From positions 8,385-72,384 of the forward strand of contig JABIFP010000020.1 of assembly GCA_018650645.1 (NCBI GenBank): a DNA stretch of 64,000 bases, read 5' to 3'. A program made the translations under genes and the position numbers. Each line of letters opens with the position of its first letter. The stretch's first letter is position 1. The stretch is from Candidatus Magasanikiibacteriota bacterium. Its GTDB lineage: Bacteria > Patescibacteriota > Patescibacteriia > Magasanikbacterales > UBA922. Positions 19,478-30,200 of the stretch are shown here, piece after piece. The notes under the pieces were generated by a model, which was given only the letters and a program-made list of their open reading frames with translations, ran no database searches and had not been told where the DNA came from.

Positions 19478-20848
19478 ATGTCAAATATGATTCACCTATA
19501 TAATAGCTTAAGTAAGCAAAAAATCGCTTTTACTCCCCTTCATGCTGATGAGGTTGGCCTGTATAGCTGCGGCCCTACGGTCTACCACTATGCTCATATT
19601 GGGAACCTCAGATCGTATATATTTCAGGATGTGTTGAAACGTACACTCAGAGCAAATGGGTACAAAGTGCGCCATGTCATGAATATTACTGATGTTGGCC
19701 ATCTCACTGATGACGGCGATGATGGAGAAGATAAAATGGAAAAAGGTTCGGCCAGAGAAGGAAAAACCGCCTGGGATGTTGCGCAGTTTTACACTGATGC
19801 ATTTTATGCTGATATTGCACAATTGAATATTATTGAACCAACAATTTGGTCTAAAGCAACTGATCACATTCCCGAGCAGATTGCGATGGTAGAAAAGCTC
19901 ACTGAAAAAGGACATACCTACCAAACAGAGGACGGTATTTATTTTGACACCACATCGATTGATGATTACGGAAAGTTAGTTGATGTAGATAAACAGGAGT
20001 TGCAAGCTGGCGTACGCGTTGACATGGGAGGAAAAAAGAATCCGCATGATTTTGCACTCTGGAAATTTACTCGAGCAGGAGAAACCCGACAGATGGAATG
20101 GGATGCGTTTATGAGAAAAGGATTTCCCGGTTGGCACATTGAATGTAGTGCCATGGCGCAAAAGTATTTAGGCGATCAGTTTGATATTCACTGCGGTGGA
20201 ATTGATCATAAACCTGTACACCACACAAATGAAATTGCACAAACTGAAGCTTCAACTGGCAAAAAACCGTCAGTGCAGGTTTGGATGCATAATGAATTTT
20301 TAGTGCTTCAAGGCGAAGAAAAAATGTCGAAATCTGGTGATAATTTTATGACACTTTCAAAGATTACGGAAGATGGCATTCCTCCACTGGCGTATCGATA
20401 TTATTTGCTCCAGGCACATTATAGAAAGCAACTTGCCTATTCAACAGAAGCATTGCAGGGAGCAGCGCAAGGACTAAAAACGCTGAAGCGTCTTGTTGCG
20501 GCGATTCCTGACCGTTCCCCAGGCGATTTAACTGTTACTGAAGCGTTTATGCAAGCTGTGAATGATGATCTCAATACTCCAGAGGCACTTGCAGTCCTTT
20601 TTACGGCATTAAAGCGGGGATCAGTGAGCAAAGAGCAAGTCATGCAGTTTGATAAAATATTGGGACTTGATTTGTTAAAGCAATCGATTGTTAATATTCC
20701 CGATGACGTGCAAGTACTTGTAGATAAGCGAGCTGCCGCAAGAACAAAAAAAGACTTCGCTCTCTCTGACGCACTTAGAGATGAAATTGCAACTCACGGA
20801 TTTTCTGTGAAAGATGGAAGTAACGGCCAAGAAATAACACCTGCATAA
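19478..20848 (+). CDS. cysS: cysteinyl-tRNA synthetase
   Basis: HIGH-class motif (HIGN), KMSKS, Zn-binding Cys residues and a DALR-like C-terminus. Length is 456 aa. Confidence 0.95.
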   Translation: MSNMIHLYNSLSKQKIAFTPLHADEVGLYSCGPTVYHYAHIGNLRSYIFQDVLKRTLRANGYKVRHVMNITDVGHLTDDGDDGEDKMEKGSAREGKTAWDVAQFYTDAFYADIAQLNIIEPTIWSKATDHIPEQIAMVEKLTEKGHTYQTEDGIYFDTTSIDDYGKLVDVDKQELQAGVRVDMGGKKNPHDFALWKFTRAGETRQMEWDAFMRKGFPGWHIECSAMAQKYLGDQFDIHCGGIDHKPVHHTNEIAQTEASTGKKPSVQVWMHNEFLVLQGEEKMSKSGDNFMTLSKITEDGIPPLAYRYYLLQAHYRKQLAYSTEALQGAAQGLKTLKRLVAAIPDRSPGDLTVTEAFMQAVNDDLNTPEALAVLFTALKRGSVSKEQVMQFDKILGLDLLKQSIVNIPDDVQVLVDKRAAARTKKDFALSDALRDEIATHGFSVKDGSNGQEITPA

Positions 20849-20849
20849 T

Positions 20850-21338
20850 ATGGCAATCTATACCGACGTTTATAATAATCCACATGAAAAGCCAGAAAAC
20901 ACACCTATTGTGTGGCGGCCTTCAGCGTATACGCTTATTGTAGAAGATGGAAAACTCCTTATGATTCAGCCTTCTTGGCACAAGCAATGGGAGTTACCTG
21001 GCGGTGGTGTAGAAAAAGAAGAACTACTACATGAAGGAGGTGTCAGAGAAACACTTGAAGAAACCGGCTACACGGTAACTATTGATAACATTGAACCTTT
21101 TTTTGTAGAAAGCTGCAGATTCTATATTGATCTGATTACTAAAAACACCTTCTGCAACTCGATTAAAGCATTTTACCTTGCAACTCGCACAGACGATGCA
21201 CAGCAGGAATTACACCAGAATCCTCACGGAATTAATGAAACAGAACAAATGAAATGGATCCCACTCACGGAACTTACTGATAAAATTGTACTGCACGCAC
21301 ACTGGCCAGCAGTGAAAAAACTTCTTGAAAAAAAGTAA
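20850..21338 (+). CDS. NUDIX hydrolase
   Basis: Nudix box GGGVEKEELLHEGGVRETLEETGY. The start codon is 1 nt after the cysS stop. Confidence 0.8.
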   Translation: MAIYTDVYNNPHEKPENTPIVWRPSAYTLIVEDGKLLMIQPSWHKQWELPGGGVEKEELLHEGGVRETLEETGYTVTIDNIEPFFVESCRFYIDLITKNTFCNSIKAFYLATRTDDAQQELHQNPHGINETEQMKWIPLTELTDKIVLHAHWPAVKKLLEKK

Positions 21339-21339
21339 T

Positions 21340-21549
21340 ATGCCGTACAAACACTACAAAGGACATCTCTACGAGATTGTTACAGAAGGAACACACAGCG
21401 AATCGCATGAAGAAATGGTTGTGTACCGTTCACTGGAACAAAACGGCCCGTACCCAACAGGAACCATATGGGTGAGGCCAAAGGAAATGTTTTTTGAGGA
21501 GGTTGAGGTGGATGGTGAGAAAAAGAAGCGCTTTACTCGAATAGATTAG
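21340..21549 (+). CDS. DUF1653-like small protein
   Basis: HYKGHLYEIV...VYRSLEQ...WVRPKEMF pattern typical of DUF1653. The likely start is the internal Met just after the NUDIX stop. Confidence 0.55.
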   Translation: MPYKHYKGHLYEIVTEGTHSESHEEMVVYRSLEQNGPYPTGTIWVRPKEMFFEEVEVDGEKKKRFTRID

Positions 21550-21555
21550 AAAAAT

Positions 21556-21760
21556 AATTACAAGCCATCTGACGAGTGAGACATGAAGCGGGTAATGTCC
21601 GAATGTCCCGTAGGGCAAGAGCAGCTGTTTGAGCACTGAAAAGTGCGAGTCCTGCGAGTGAATGAAAGACACTGCCCGGTGAATGCAAGTGAGGAAGCGG
21701 CGAAAAAGTTTTGGTTACCTTTTGCTTCAAAAGGTAAGGATATAGAATAACAATTGAGCC
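21556..21760 (+). ncRNA. candidate structured RNA / unusually GC-rich ORF-free segment (strand uncertain)
   Basis: A GNRA-capped hairpin GCACT-GAAA-AGTGC (21633-21646), a tandem AATGTCCG/AATGTCCC repeat, repeated GTGA(A/G)TG motifs, and higher GC than the flanks. No convincing ORF. Confidence 0.2.
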
Positions 21761-21761
21761 T

Positions 21762-21791
21762 AAAAAAAGCGCTTTACGCGCTTCTTTTTTT
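21762..21791. terminator. bidirectional intrinsic terminator at the ribH 3' end
   Basis: A7, then AGCGC tttac GCGCT, then a T-run. It overlaps the ribH stop codon. Confidence 0.55.
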
Positions 21792-22251
21792 ATCCCTTCA
21801 TCATACTCGCCATCTCCACCGCAGAAAACCCCCATCCCCTGCCGTGATTATGCTCACCAACAGATCTACTATGTGCCTGCTCTTCGGTTGCGGTATTAAG
21901 CACGCCATATATAACCGGAATATTTGTATCGAGTTGTAATCGCATAAGTCCCTGCGTTACCGCTTCCGAAATATATTCAAAATGGAGCGTCTCGCCTTTA
22001 ATCAGAGTACCAATACAAACAACTGCATCTACTTTTTTACTTTCAATAAGATACTTTCCACCAAGCACTACTTCATATGCGCCAGGGACTTCCTGAACAA
22101 TTGTATCTTCTGCAGCAACACCACATTCCTTTAGCGCTTCTAACACACCATCTCTAATAGCATACGTATATTCACTATTCCAGCGTGCAACAACAATACC
22201 AATCCGTAAACCGGTTCCGTTAACTCCTTCAAATGAGATTCCTTTCCCCAT
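21790..22251 (-). CDS. ribH: 6,7-dimethyl-8-ribityllumazine synthase
   Basis: RIGIVVARWN and the lumazine synthase fold motifs. Length is 153 aa. Confidence 0.9.
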   Translation of the reverse strand: MGKGISFEGVNGTGLRIGIVVARWNSEYTYAIRDGVLEALKECGVAAEDTIVQEVPGAYEVVLGGKYLIESKKVDAVVCIGTLIKGETLHFEYISEAVTQGLMRLQLDTNIPVIYGVLNTATEEQAHSRSVGEHNHGRGWGFSAVEMASMMKG

Positions 22252-22259
22252 AGTAGCGC

Positions 22260-22880
22260 TTAAATCTTATTTCTATCTTTCATTACCCTCTCTACTGTTT
22301 CTACCACGACCTGTGTCATTGGGTCAAGCTCAATATTTACGTAATCACCAACCTTCATATCGCCAAAAGTAGTGATGTCTAGCGTTTCTGGAATCAGGTA
22401 CACACTAAACGTACCCTCTGGTGTAGGATCCACAACTGTCAGCGAACAACCATTCACACCAATAAATCCCTTATGAAAAATATACTTCATTGCTTCCGTA
22501 TTTTGAAGTGTAAACGTCAATACAGCATTATTCTCTGGTTTTTTCAGGTCACTTAGCGTTGCCATTGTGTATACATGCCCACTCATTGTGTGACCACCAA
22601 TCTCATCGCCTGCTTTTGCACTGCGTTCAATATTTACAAAGTCACCAGCTCGTTTTGTACCAAGTGTGGTTTTTTCTAACGTTTCTGTCATTGCATCAAA
22701 TACAACAAGCCCTTCTTCTTCCCTAACCACTGTCATACAAACACCATCAAGCGATACACTCATTCCATGCGCAATATTCTGACGCTGCGCCTCATTGATT
22801 GCAACAAAAAAAGTCCACAATCCCTTTTGCTTATCAATCCTCCCAATCTCTGCCTTGCTTTGAACAATTCCTGTATACAT
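22260..22880 (-). CDS. ribE: riboflavin synthase alpha chain
   Basis: N-terminus MYTGIV and the duplicated lumazine-binding half-barrels. Confidence 0.85.
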   Translation of the reverse strand: MYTGIVQSKAEIGRIDKQKGLWTFFVAINEAQRQNIAHGMSVSLDGVCMTVVREEEGLVVFDAMTETLEKTTLGTKRAGDFVNIERSAKAGDEIGGHTMSGHVYTMATLSDLKKPENNAVLTFTLQNTEAMKYIFHKGFIGVNGCSLTVVDPTPEGTFSVYLIPETLDITTFGDMKVGDYVNIELDPMTQVVVETVERVMKDRNKI

Positions 22881-22889
22881 ATGAGTTGA

Positions 22890-23237
22890 TTATTTGCGCA
22901 ATGCCGTACGACACCTGTCAACATCGTCTGCGATTTTTTGCTTGAGCTCTTCCATACTACTTATTGGTTCATACTTACTCACCTGCATCAGCAACGTGAC
23001 CTCCATATTGGCACCATATAAATCAATATCATCTATATCAAGAAGATGTACCTCCACTTTGTTTTTCTTCCAATTTATGAGACATGCTGCCTTATATTCT
23101 TTTCCTAATACTCGTGCGGTCCCTGCATAAATCCCTTCAGAAACGCCCGTTTTCTTTACTGGAATATCAATATTCGCCGTGGGGAAACCTAATGTTTTTC
23201 CCCGTCCATCTCCGTGAATAACTGTCCCCTCAAACAT
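22890..23237 (-). CDS. monofunctional riboflavin kinase (kinase domain only, no FAD synthetase half)
   Basis: GDGRGKTLGFPTANI motif. At 115 aa it covers only the C-terminal RibF module. Confidence 0.75.
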   Translation of the reverse strand: MFEGTVIHGDGRGKTLGFPTANIDIPVKKTGVSEGIYAGTARVLGKEYKAACLINWKKNKVEVHLLDIDDIDLYGANMEVTLLMQVSKYEPISSMEELKQKIADDVDRCRTALRK

Positions 23238-23240
23238 ATT

Positions 23241-24479
23241 CTATGGTGTTAGTAATAATTTTACCGCTTCCTCGATATCTGGATCAATAATTTCACCAGA
23301 ACTATCTTTCTCTAAATTTTCAAAATCAACTTCATTAATATGATCTGGCGTAATTCCACTTCCATCAATCCCAGTGCCATTTGGCGTAAACCATTTTGCA
23401 ATGGTTAATTTAATTGCAGATCCATCTGGCAATACTTCAAATGTTTGCACAGATCCTTTTCCATACGTTTGCCGACCAAATATTGTTCCCGCTCCATGAT
23501 CCTTCAGCGCTCCTGCTACAATCTCTGAACCAGATGCTGTTCCTTCATCAACTAATACCACTGTTGGCACGCCAACGAGCCTGTGTGGCCCCTGAGACAC
23601 ATGTGTTCTCTCTACGCCATTTCTTCCCTTTTCTTCTACAATTACCTCTCCCTCAGGAATCCATTCGCTAGCAACGAGCACCGACATGTTTAATAGTCCA
23701 CCCGGATTTGATCGCATGTCTAAAATAATACCGTCTACATCCCACTCAATGATTTTTTTCACTTCCTTATTGAACGCACCGAGCGTATCTTCATTAAAAT
23801 AACTTACACGCAAATATGCCAAATTATCATCTCGCTGCTCCGCGAGTACAGTTGGTACAGAAATAACATCTCGAATAATTGGAATTTCAACCGGTTCAAA
23901 TGATTCATTCCGAAGAACTGTCAGCGTAACAGTAGTCCCCTGCTCACCACGAATTTTAGTCACCGCAGCACTCAGCGTTGTACCAATAGTCTCATCCCCA
24001 TCAATCGCAACAATAATGTCTTTGGGTCTAAGCCCTGCCGTTTCAGCAGGAGACGACGGAAGCGGTGCAATGACCGTTAACAAATCTTCTCTAATACCAA
24101 TTTCTGCTCCAATGCCTTTAAATTCTCCGCTAATATTTTCTGTAAATGCTTTTGCTTCAACTGGAGGAAAATAGACTGAATGCGGATCATCTAGCCCAGA
24201 TACAAGTCCTTCAAGCGATTTATAAAACAAATCAGGATCGCTCACTCCTTCAGTCACGTATCTTTCGTGAATCATGTCCCAAATATCCCAGTACTGATCA
24301 AAACTCACTTCATCTGATCGAGTTCTTTGATATAAATCGACTATTTTTGCCACTTCAACAATACCATCTTCATTTTTCATTGAAGAAGTGATCGCAGATG
24401 ACGTTCCAATCATGTATCCTGCCCCGAATACGAATACTACAAGCAGGAGTTTGAGAATGACTTTTGACCCTTTTTTCAT
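23241..24479 (-). CDS. ctpA: S41 family C-terminal processing peptidase with PDZ domain
   Basis: N-terminal anchor, a PDZ segment (GIGAEIG...) and a tail-specific protease core with Ser/Lys dyad context. Confidence 0.85.
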   Translation of the reverse strand: MKKGSKVILKLLLVVFVFGAGYMIGTSSAITSSMKNEDGIVEVAKIVDLYQRTRSDEVSFDQYWDIWDMIHERYVTEGVSDPDLFYKSLEGLVSGLDDPHSVYFPPVEAKAFTENISGEFKGIGAEIGIREDLLTVIAPLPSSPAETAGLRPKDIIVAIDGDETIGTTLSAAVTKIRGEQGTTVTLTVLRNESFEPVEIPIIRDVISVPTVLAEQRDDNLAYLRVSYFNEDTLGAFNKEVKKIIEWDVDGIILDMRSNPGGLLNMSVLVASEWIPEGEVIVEEKGRNGVERTHVSQGPHRLVGVPTVVLVDEGTASGSEIVAGALKDHGAGTIFGRQTYGKGSVQTFEVLPDGSAIKLTIAKWFTPNGTGIDGSGITPDHINEVDFENLEKDSSGEIIDPDIEEAVKLLLTP

Positions 24480-24485
24480 AGAAAA

Positions 24486-25784
24486 TTATTCTTCTAGACG
24501 CTCAATTTTTGCGCCAACCGCGGTAAGCCGCTCAACGATTCCTTCGTATGCGCGCTCAATTGGGTAAATGTTTCTTAATGTGCTGGTTCCCTTTGCTGCA
24601 ATCATCGCAATCAGTACGGCCATTGCTGGGCGAATTGCATATGGCGCAACCACTTCATTTCCAACCAGCTCTTCTGGCCCTTGTACAAGTACTCTATGCG
24701 GATCCATGAGAATAACTTTAGCGCCAAGCTTGGTCAATTCAGTATAATAGATTGCACGGTTTTCATATACCCAATCATGTACCAGTGTTTGTCCCTTTGC
24801 CTGAGTCAGCATTGGTAAGAATAGTGGTAACGCATCAATATTAAGCCCTGGAAACGGCCGGCAAGAAAGTTTATCTGGAAGTGCGGTAAGTTCTGACGGC
24901 ACAACTTCAATATCCGCAAGACGGAAATATCCGTTTGTACTCATGCGTTCATTCGTAAGCGTAAACTGCTGCCCCATGAGGCGCATCTTTTCCATTTCTA
25001 ATTCTAAAAAGTCGAGTGGGCATCGCTCAATCACGAGTGGTGACTTTGTTGTAACGGCGAGTGAAATCCATGCCATAGCATCGACTGGATCTGGCATTGC
25101 TGCGTAGGTAATATCGTTAAGCTGCTCTACTCCTGTGATTTTGAGAGTAGTCGTTCCAATTCCTTCGATTTTTGCACCAGCATCTACTAAAAAGTGACAT
25201 AAGTCTTGCACCATGTAGTTTGCTGAAGCAAATTTAATTGTTGTTTCTCCTGAAGCGAGTACCGCTCCTAAAATAGCATTCTCTGTTGCCGTATCTCCTG
25301 ATTCATCCATGATAATAATTCCGCCAGTAAGTTTTGTTGCATCAACTTCATAGGTTTCTTCAGTAGATTCTACTGCAATACCAAGTTTTTGTAGTGCCAA
25401 CATGTGCGGACGAATCGTTCGCTTACCTAATTTACAACCGGCACTTTTGTATAATGTAAATTGCTTTTCTCTTGCCGCCAGTGCTCCCATCAATAATAAT
25501 GAAATACGCATTCTTCCACACGCTTCTTGATCAATACCCGCGATATTTATGTCAGTTGCATCAACAACCAGCGTGTTATGATCTTCCCAGCTTATTTTTA
25601 CTTCTATCGATTCAAATAATTCAAGCAGCCGCTCTAATTCTTCAATATGTGCGACTTGCGTAAATGTTGTTTTACCGCGTACCATAAGAGCACCACAAAG
25701 AAGTGCTATTGGAGCATTCTTTCCAGAAGTCGTTCTAATGGATCCTGAGAGTGGATGTCCCCCTTCTACCTTATAATACGCCAT
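24486..25784 (-). CDS. murA: UDP-N-acetylglucosamine 1-carboxyvinyltransferase
   Basis: EPSP-synthase fold repeats and MurA-like N-terminus MAYYKVEGGHPLSGSIRTTSGKNA. Confidence 0.9.
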   Translation of the reverse strand: MAYYKVEGGHPLSGSIRTTSGKNAPIALLCGALMVRGKTTFTQVAHIEELERLLELFESIEVKISWEDHNTLVVDATDINIAGIDQEACGRMRISLLLMGALAAREKQFTLYKSAGCKLGKRTIRPHMLALQKLGIAVESTEETYEVDATKLTGGIIIMDESGDTATENAILGAVLASGETTIKFASANYMVQDLCHFLVDAGAKIEGIGTTTLKITGVEQLNDITYAAMPDPVDAMAWISLAVTTKSPLVIERCPLDFLELEMEKMRLMGQQFTLTNERMSTNGYFRLADIEVVPSELTALPDKLSCRPFPGLNIDALPLFLPMLTQAKGQTLVHDWVYENRAIYYTELTKLGAKVILMDPHRVLVQGPEELVGNEVVAPYAIRPAMAVLIAMIAAKGTSTLRNIYPIERAYEGIVERLTAVGAKIERLEE

Positions 25785-25855
25785 AAAATTGCTTGTAAAA
25801 GTAAGCGAAATGCGATAGTATTGTACATAAGTAAGCCAAAAAACGCAACTCCTTT

Positions 25856-27184
25856 ATGTATAGACAACCATACCATATTTCCCGCGGCGTTCGCATCACA
25901 ATTATGCTTTCGCTCATAAGTGCATTTTTAATTTCAGCACCTCTTTTGATCGCATACACCTCTGGATACAGATATTCGTTTGATGAAGGGCTTATTAGTA
26001 AGGGATCACTCTCTGTTACAGCCAAACCGATTGATGCCACCATTTTTGTAAATAATATTGCTATTGATCAAGAAGGCGGGCTTGAGAATAGAGACAAAGC
26101 GGCCATTAGCATGGATACACTAGCTGCTGGTATGTATGACGTTCGTATTGAGCGAGATGGATACCTTCCTTTTGAAAAAACAATCGATGTTCGAAGTAAT
26201 GAAGCCTCTTATGTCCGAGATCTTACTCTTTTTATAGATACGCAATTTGAACAAGTAGAAGACGTGTCTTCTTACGATTACGTACAGCTCACCAAACAGG
26301 CTCCAGCACTTCTTCTGCAAGAAGGAGCGACGTGGCACACGAAGTTGCCTGGGCAGGGTGCGTCGCACAGACAAGGAAAGTTTGCTGACCCTGTGATTTT
26401 ACACACACACCCATCACTGCAAGCAGCCGTGCTGTTAGATACCAGCAATGCACCGTCTTCTACGCGAGCAGTAGTTGCCGGGTTTAACGGATTGCAACCA
26501 ACCGCATATACCATTCCGACAGCACTTACAGATACTGCTGATGTCCATTGGAGCGGCAATAGTGACACACTCTATGTACGTGCAAGTTCAACAGTATATG
26601 CAATTTCTCATGATTCATTTACGCAAGTTGGTGTGACAACAGCAACTGAGTGGTTTGTTGATGTGAATAACGTACTCTGGGAGCAGCAAGAGCGCACACT
26701 GGTGCAGACTAAAGACAAAGAGACAACTCGATTTTTACCAAGCACAACAGTACAACCAATTGATGTAAACGAAGCACGCGTTATTTTACAGGGCGCGAAA
26801 AGTGTTTATGTAAGTTTGCATACTGCGTCAGAACAAATCACACAAATTCCCACGCAAGGGCTCTTGTTTGATGCCGATAAAAACTTGTGGTACACCTGGA
26901 GCGAATTTGAGGTATTTTCAATCGATGGAAATGGAACCATTAAACCACTCTACAGATCTTCTCAAGAAATTCATGACATTGCCATTTTAGATGAGTACGG
27001 AGTGATTGGGATTGCTTCTGCGAATGGCGTAAGTGCCTTTCATACTAGATACCTCACTTCTCATACACTCATTAGTGGGCAAAGCGTATCAATGATCAGC
27101 GCTGACATTGCAGGTAGAGTACTCTATGCAATTGAGGAAAATGCAGAACAAGGAACCAAGTCACTCATAAAAAGAAGATACTAA
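25856..27184 (+). CDS. membrane-anchored PEGA-domain protein
   Basis: N-terminal TM helix, a PEGA-like beta segment (YDVRIERDGYLPFEKTIDV), and beta-propeller-like repeats C-terminally. The start is probably an internal Met near 25904. Confidence 0.5.
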   Translation: MYRQPYHISRGVRITIMLSLISAFLISAPLLIAYTSGYRYSFDEGLISKGSLSVTAKPIDATIFVNNIAIDQEGGLENRDKAAISMDTLAAGMYDVRIERDGYLPFEKTIDVRSNEASYVRDLTLFIDTQFEQVEDVSSYDYVQLTKQAPALLLQEGATWHTKLPGQGASHRQGKFADPVILHTHPSLQAAVLLDTSNAPSSTRAVVAGFNGLQPTAYTIPTALTDTADVHWSGNSDTLYVRASSTVYAISHDSFTQVGVTTATEWFVDVNNVLWEQQERTLVQTKDKETTRFLPSTTVQPIDVNEARVILQGAKSVYVSLHTASEQITQIPTQGLLFDADKNLWYTWSEFEVFSIDGNGTIKPLYRSSQEIHDIAILDEYGVIGIASANGVSAFHTRYLTSHTLISGQSVSMISADIAGRVLYAIEENAEQGTKSLIKRRY

Positions 27185-27213
27185 CAAAAAAAGAGGCTGT
27201 TGCCTCTTTTTTT
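27185..27213. terminator. bidirectional intrinsic terminator (A7, AGAGGC tgtt GCCTCT, T6)
   Basis: Perfect hairpin between the convergent PEGA-domain gene and leuS. Confidence 0.6.
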
Positions 27214-27223
27214 GTTTGCTGAT

Positions 27224-30200
27224 TTATACAACAATATTCACAATTCTTCCTGGAATATATATCTGTTTCTTTGGCTCTTTCCCGTCAATAAAGCGTTGCA
27301 CATTCTCTTCTGCATGTGCAGCCTCAAATGCTTGCGCTTCTGTTGCATCAGCTGGCAACGTAATGGTTCCGCGCAATTTTCCGTTTACTTGTACAGCTAC
27401 GGTTAGCGTGTCTTCTACTAATTTTGATTCGTCATATGCTGGCCACTCTGCCAGTGTTGCAGACCCTTCTTTACCAAGCACTTCCCACAGCTCTTCTGCC
27501 ATATGCGGTGCATATGGTGCTAGGATACTTACAAATGTGGCAAAATCATCTTTTGCAATTTGCGTTTCTTTAGTAAATGCATTTGCACATTCCATCATTG
27601 CTGCAATTGCTGTGTTAAATTGCAACTCGGCAGTATCCCCTGTTACCTTTTTAATTGTCTTATGCAGTATACGATTCATTTCTTCTGTACCCGTTTCGGC
27701 AAGCTTTTCTTGCAGCTTCCACACTTTTTCTAGAAATCTTCTTACTCCTTTTACTCCACCGGTGTTCCAGGCTTTTGCCTGATCTAGTGGCCCCATGAAC
27801 ATTTCATACATGCGGACAGTATCTGCTCCGTATTCATTCACCACATCTGTTGGGTTAATCACATTCCCCCACCGCTTACTCATTTTTCTCCCATCTTCAC
27901 CGGAAATAAGTCCCTGATGACGGTTTACTTTAAACGGCTCATCAAAATCGATAAGTCCTTCATCAAAAAGCACCTTTGTGAAGAATCGTGAATACAGGAG
28001 ATGTCCGTTTACATGTTCTTCACCACCCAAGTAGAAATCGATTGGCATCCATTTTTTGAGCTGTTCTTTTGAAGCAAACGCCTCATCATTTTTTGGATCT
28101 AAGTATCTGAAGAAGTACCAGCTAGAACACATAAACGTGTCGAGTGTATCTACCTCTCTCTTCCATCCTTTTCCGTATTTTTCTTCTACCCCATCTTGGA
28201 ATGATGGTGAGTAGTTGAGTGGTGATTGTCCTGTTGGTTTGAAGTCAACATCGTCTGGAAGGATGACTGGGAGGTCTTGTATTGTTAGTGGCCGAAGCCC
28301 AGAAATGAGCGCTTCATCAAGGATGACTTGTTCCTCATTACCATCAAAATGTGGTTTATTTGATTGCGCATAGACCAGCCGAGCATCCAAATCTGTTGCC
28401 ATTTTTTCTAAGTGTTCTTTTTTTATAATTGGGAATGCATTATCTCCAATTATTGTAATTTCAGAACACAACGCTTTTACTTTTTCTGTATCAAACTCCC
28501 ACGTTGTACTGTCTTCTACAACTGTTCTTTTTTTGTCATTGAATTCTGGAACATATACGGGATCCACAAAACACAGCTTTGCAATATTTTTTCCAGATTG
28601 TTCTAACATTCTGAGAGCCACTGCTGCACCGTGACTTTGAGAAACAATAACCGTATTCTCATCAAGTGTAACTTGCTCTAGTGCAAATGTAGCCTGTTCA
28701 TCTGCTTTTGGTTTTTCTGTATTTGGAAGGTCAAATGCCTTGACTATATGACCCTGCAATTCAAGTTCTTGTTTCAACCATGGCCAGAAAATAGCTTCTT
28801 TACCAGAACCGTATCCATGCAAACATACATACAACCTTTTTTTGTTTTTTTCTTCTTCATTTGAAATAACTGGAATTGGCGCACCCCAAAATCGTTGTCT
28901 TGAAACTGACCAATCGCGGAGTTTGTATTGTGTTTTCTTTTTACCAATGTTTTTTTCTTCAAGCCATTCGAACATTCTTGTTTTTGCTTCTTGTGTTGTT
29001 AGATCATTGAGGAATTCCGAGTTTACGACAACACCTTCCCCACTATATGTGCTTGCTTCCACAAACATATTCCATGCAAGAGCGTGTGGATCCCAATTAA
29101 TATCTGTCGCAACCTTTTTCTTATCTTGCCAATACATTTCATGCCTGCCCTCATCAACTTCACATGAGACACGCTCCTCATCTGTCAGCTGTACATGAAA
29201 CCAAACAGAACCTGTTATTTGGTTCTTATTCTTAGTAATGCGATATCCCTGAGCATTAAAATGTTCAATAAATCGGGACCTAATGACATAATTCACATAT
29301 CCACTTTCCTCTTTTATTTCTTTTGTAAGAGCTTCTTCAATACTTTCACCTTCTTCTACACCCCCACCAACAAAATGTACACCGTCGACATCTCTCAAAA
29401 GTAGAAATTTTCCACCATCAGAATTTTCAATGATTACATCTATACATCTACGATTAAGTGTCTCGACTCCATCTTTCATCGCTTTCTTTCCTGTAAAAGC
29501 TACTGACGGAGCAACAACCTGTCTAATCTCCAACCCAAACTTCTTCGCAAACGCAAAGTCCCTCTCATCATGCGCCGGAACGGCCATGATTGCTCCGGTT
29601 CCGTATGTTGCAAGCACGTAATCAGCAATCCAAACGGGAACTTCTTCCCCATTAGCTGGATTTATCGCTTTTACTCCTTTTAGTTCTACTCCTGTTTTTT
29701 CTTGATCTACTTGTCTATCTAAATTCGATTTCTTTTCCGTTGCATGAACATATGCCTGCACTTCATCCCAATTTTTAATTGTTTCTTGCAAGCCCTGTAC
29801 CAAAGCATGTTCTGGCGCAAGTACCATATAGGTTGCTCCAAAAAGCGTATCTGGTCGTGTAGTAAATACGGTAATGTTTTCTTCAGTATCTTTCACGCTA
29901 AACTGCACCTCAGCTCCTTCGCTTCTTCCAATCCAATTTCTTTGCCGAGTAATTGTTTCCTGTGGCCAATCGACTTTATCAAGGTCGTCAATCAACCTAT
30001 CTGCGTAATCTGTTATTTTTAAATACCATTGCTCCATTTCTTTTTGCAAAACTGGAGTATCACAACGTTCACAAGCACCTTCTACAATTTGTGCATTCGC
30101 CAACACTGTTTTACAACTATCACACCAATTCACTGCCTGATTTTTTCTATACGCAAGTCCTCTTTTATACATCAAAAGGAAAAACCACTGTGTCCATTTA

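Noticed and set aside
21556-21760. FMN riboswitch for the rib operon
   Set aside because: The segment lies 3' of ribH, the last gene of the minus-strand operon, not upstream of the first gene. It lacks the conserved FMN-aptamer sequence blocks.
21533-21835. 100-aa minus-strand ORF spanning the GC-rich segment downstream of ribH
   Set aside because: It overlaps the ribH 3' end and the terminator, has no Shine-Dalgarno sequence, and arises because the GC-rich sequence lacks stops. The segment is better explained as non-coding.
22890-23237. Truncated pseudogene of bifunctional ribF
   Set aside because: The ORF has a clean start and stop and an intact kinase motif, and is tightly packed in the operon. 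A monofunctional kinase is more parsimonious than a decayed bifunctional gene.
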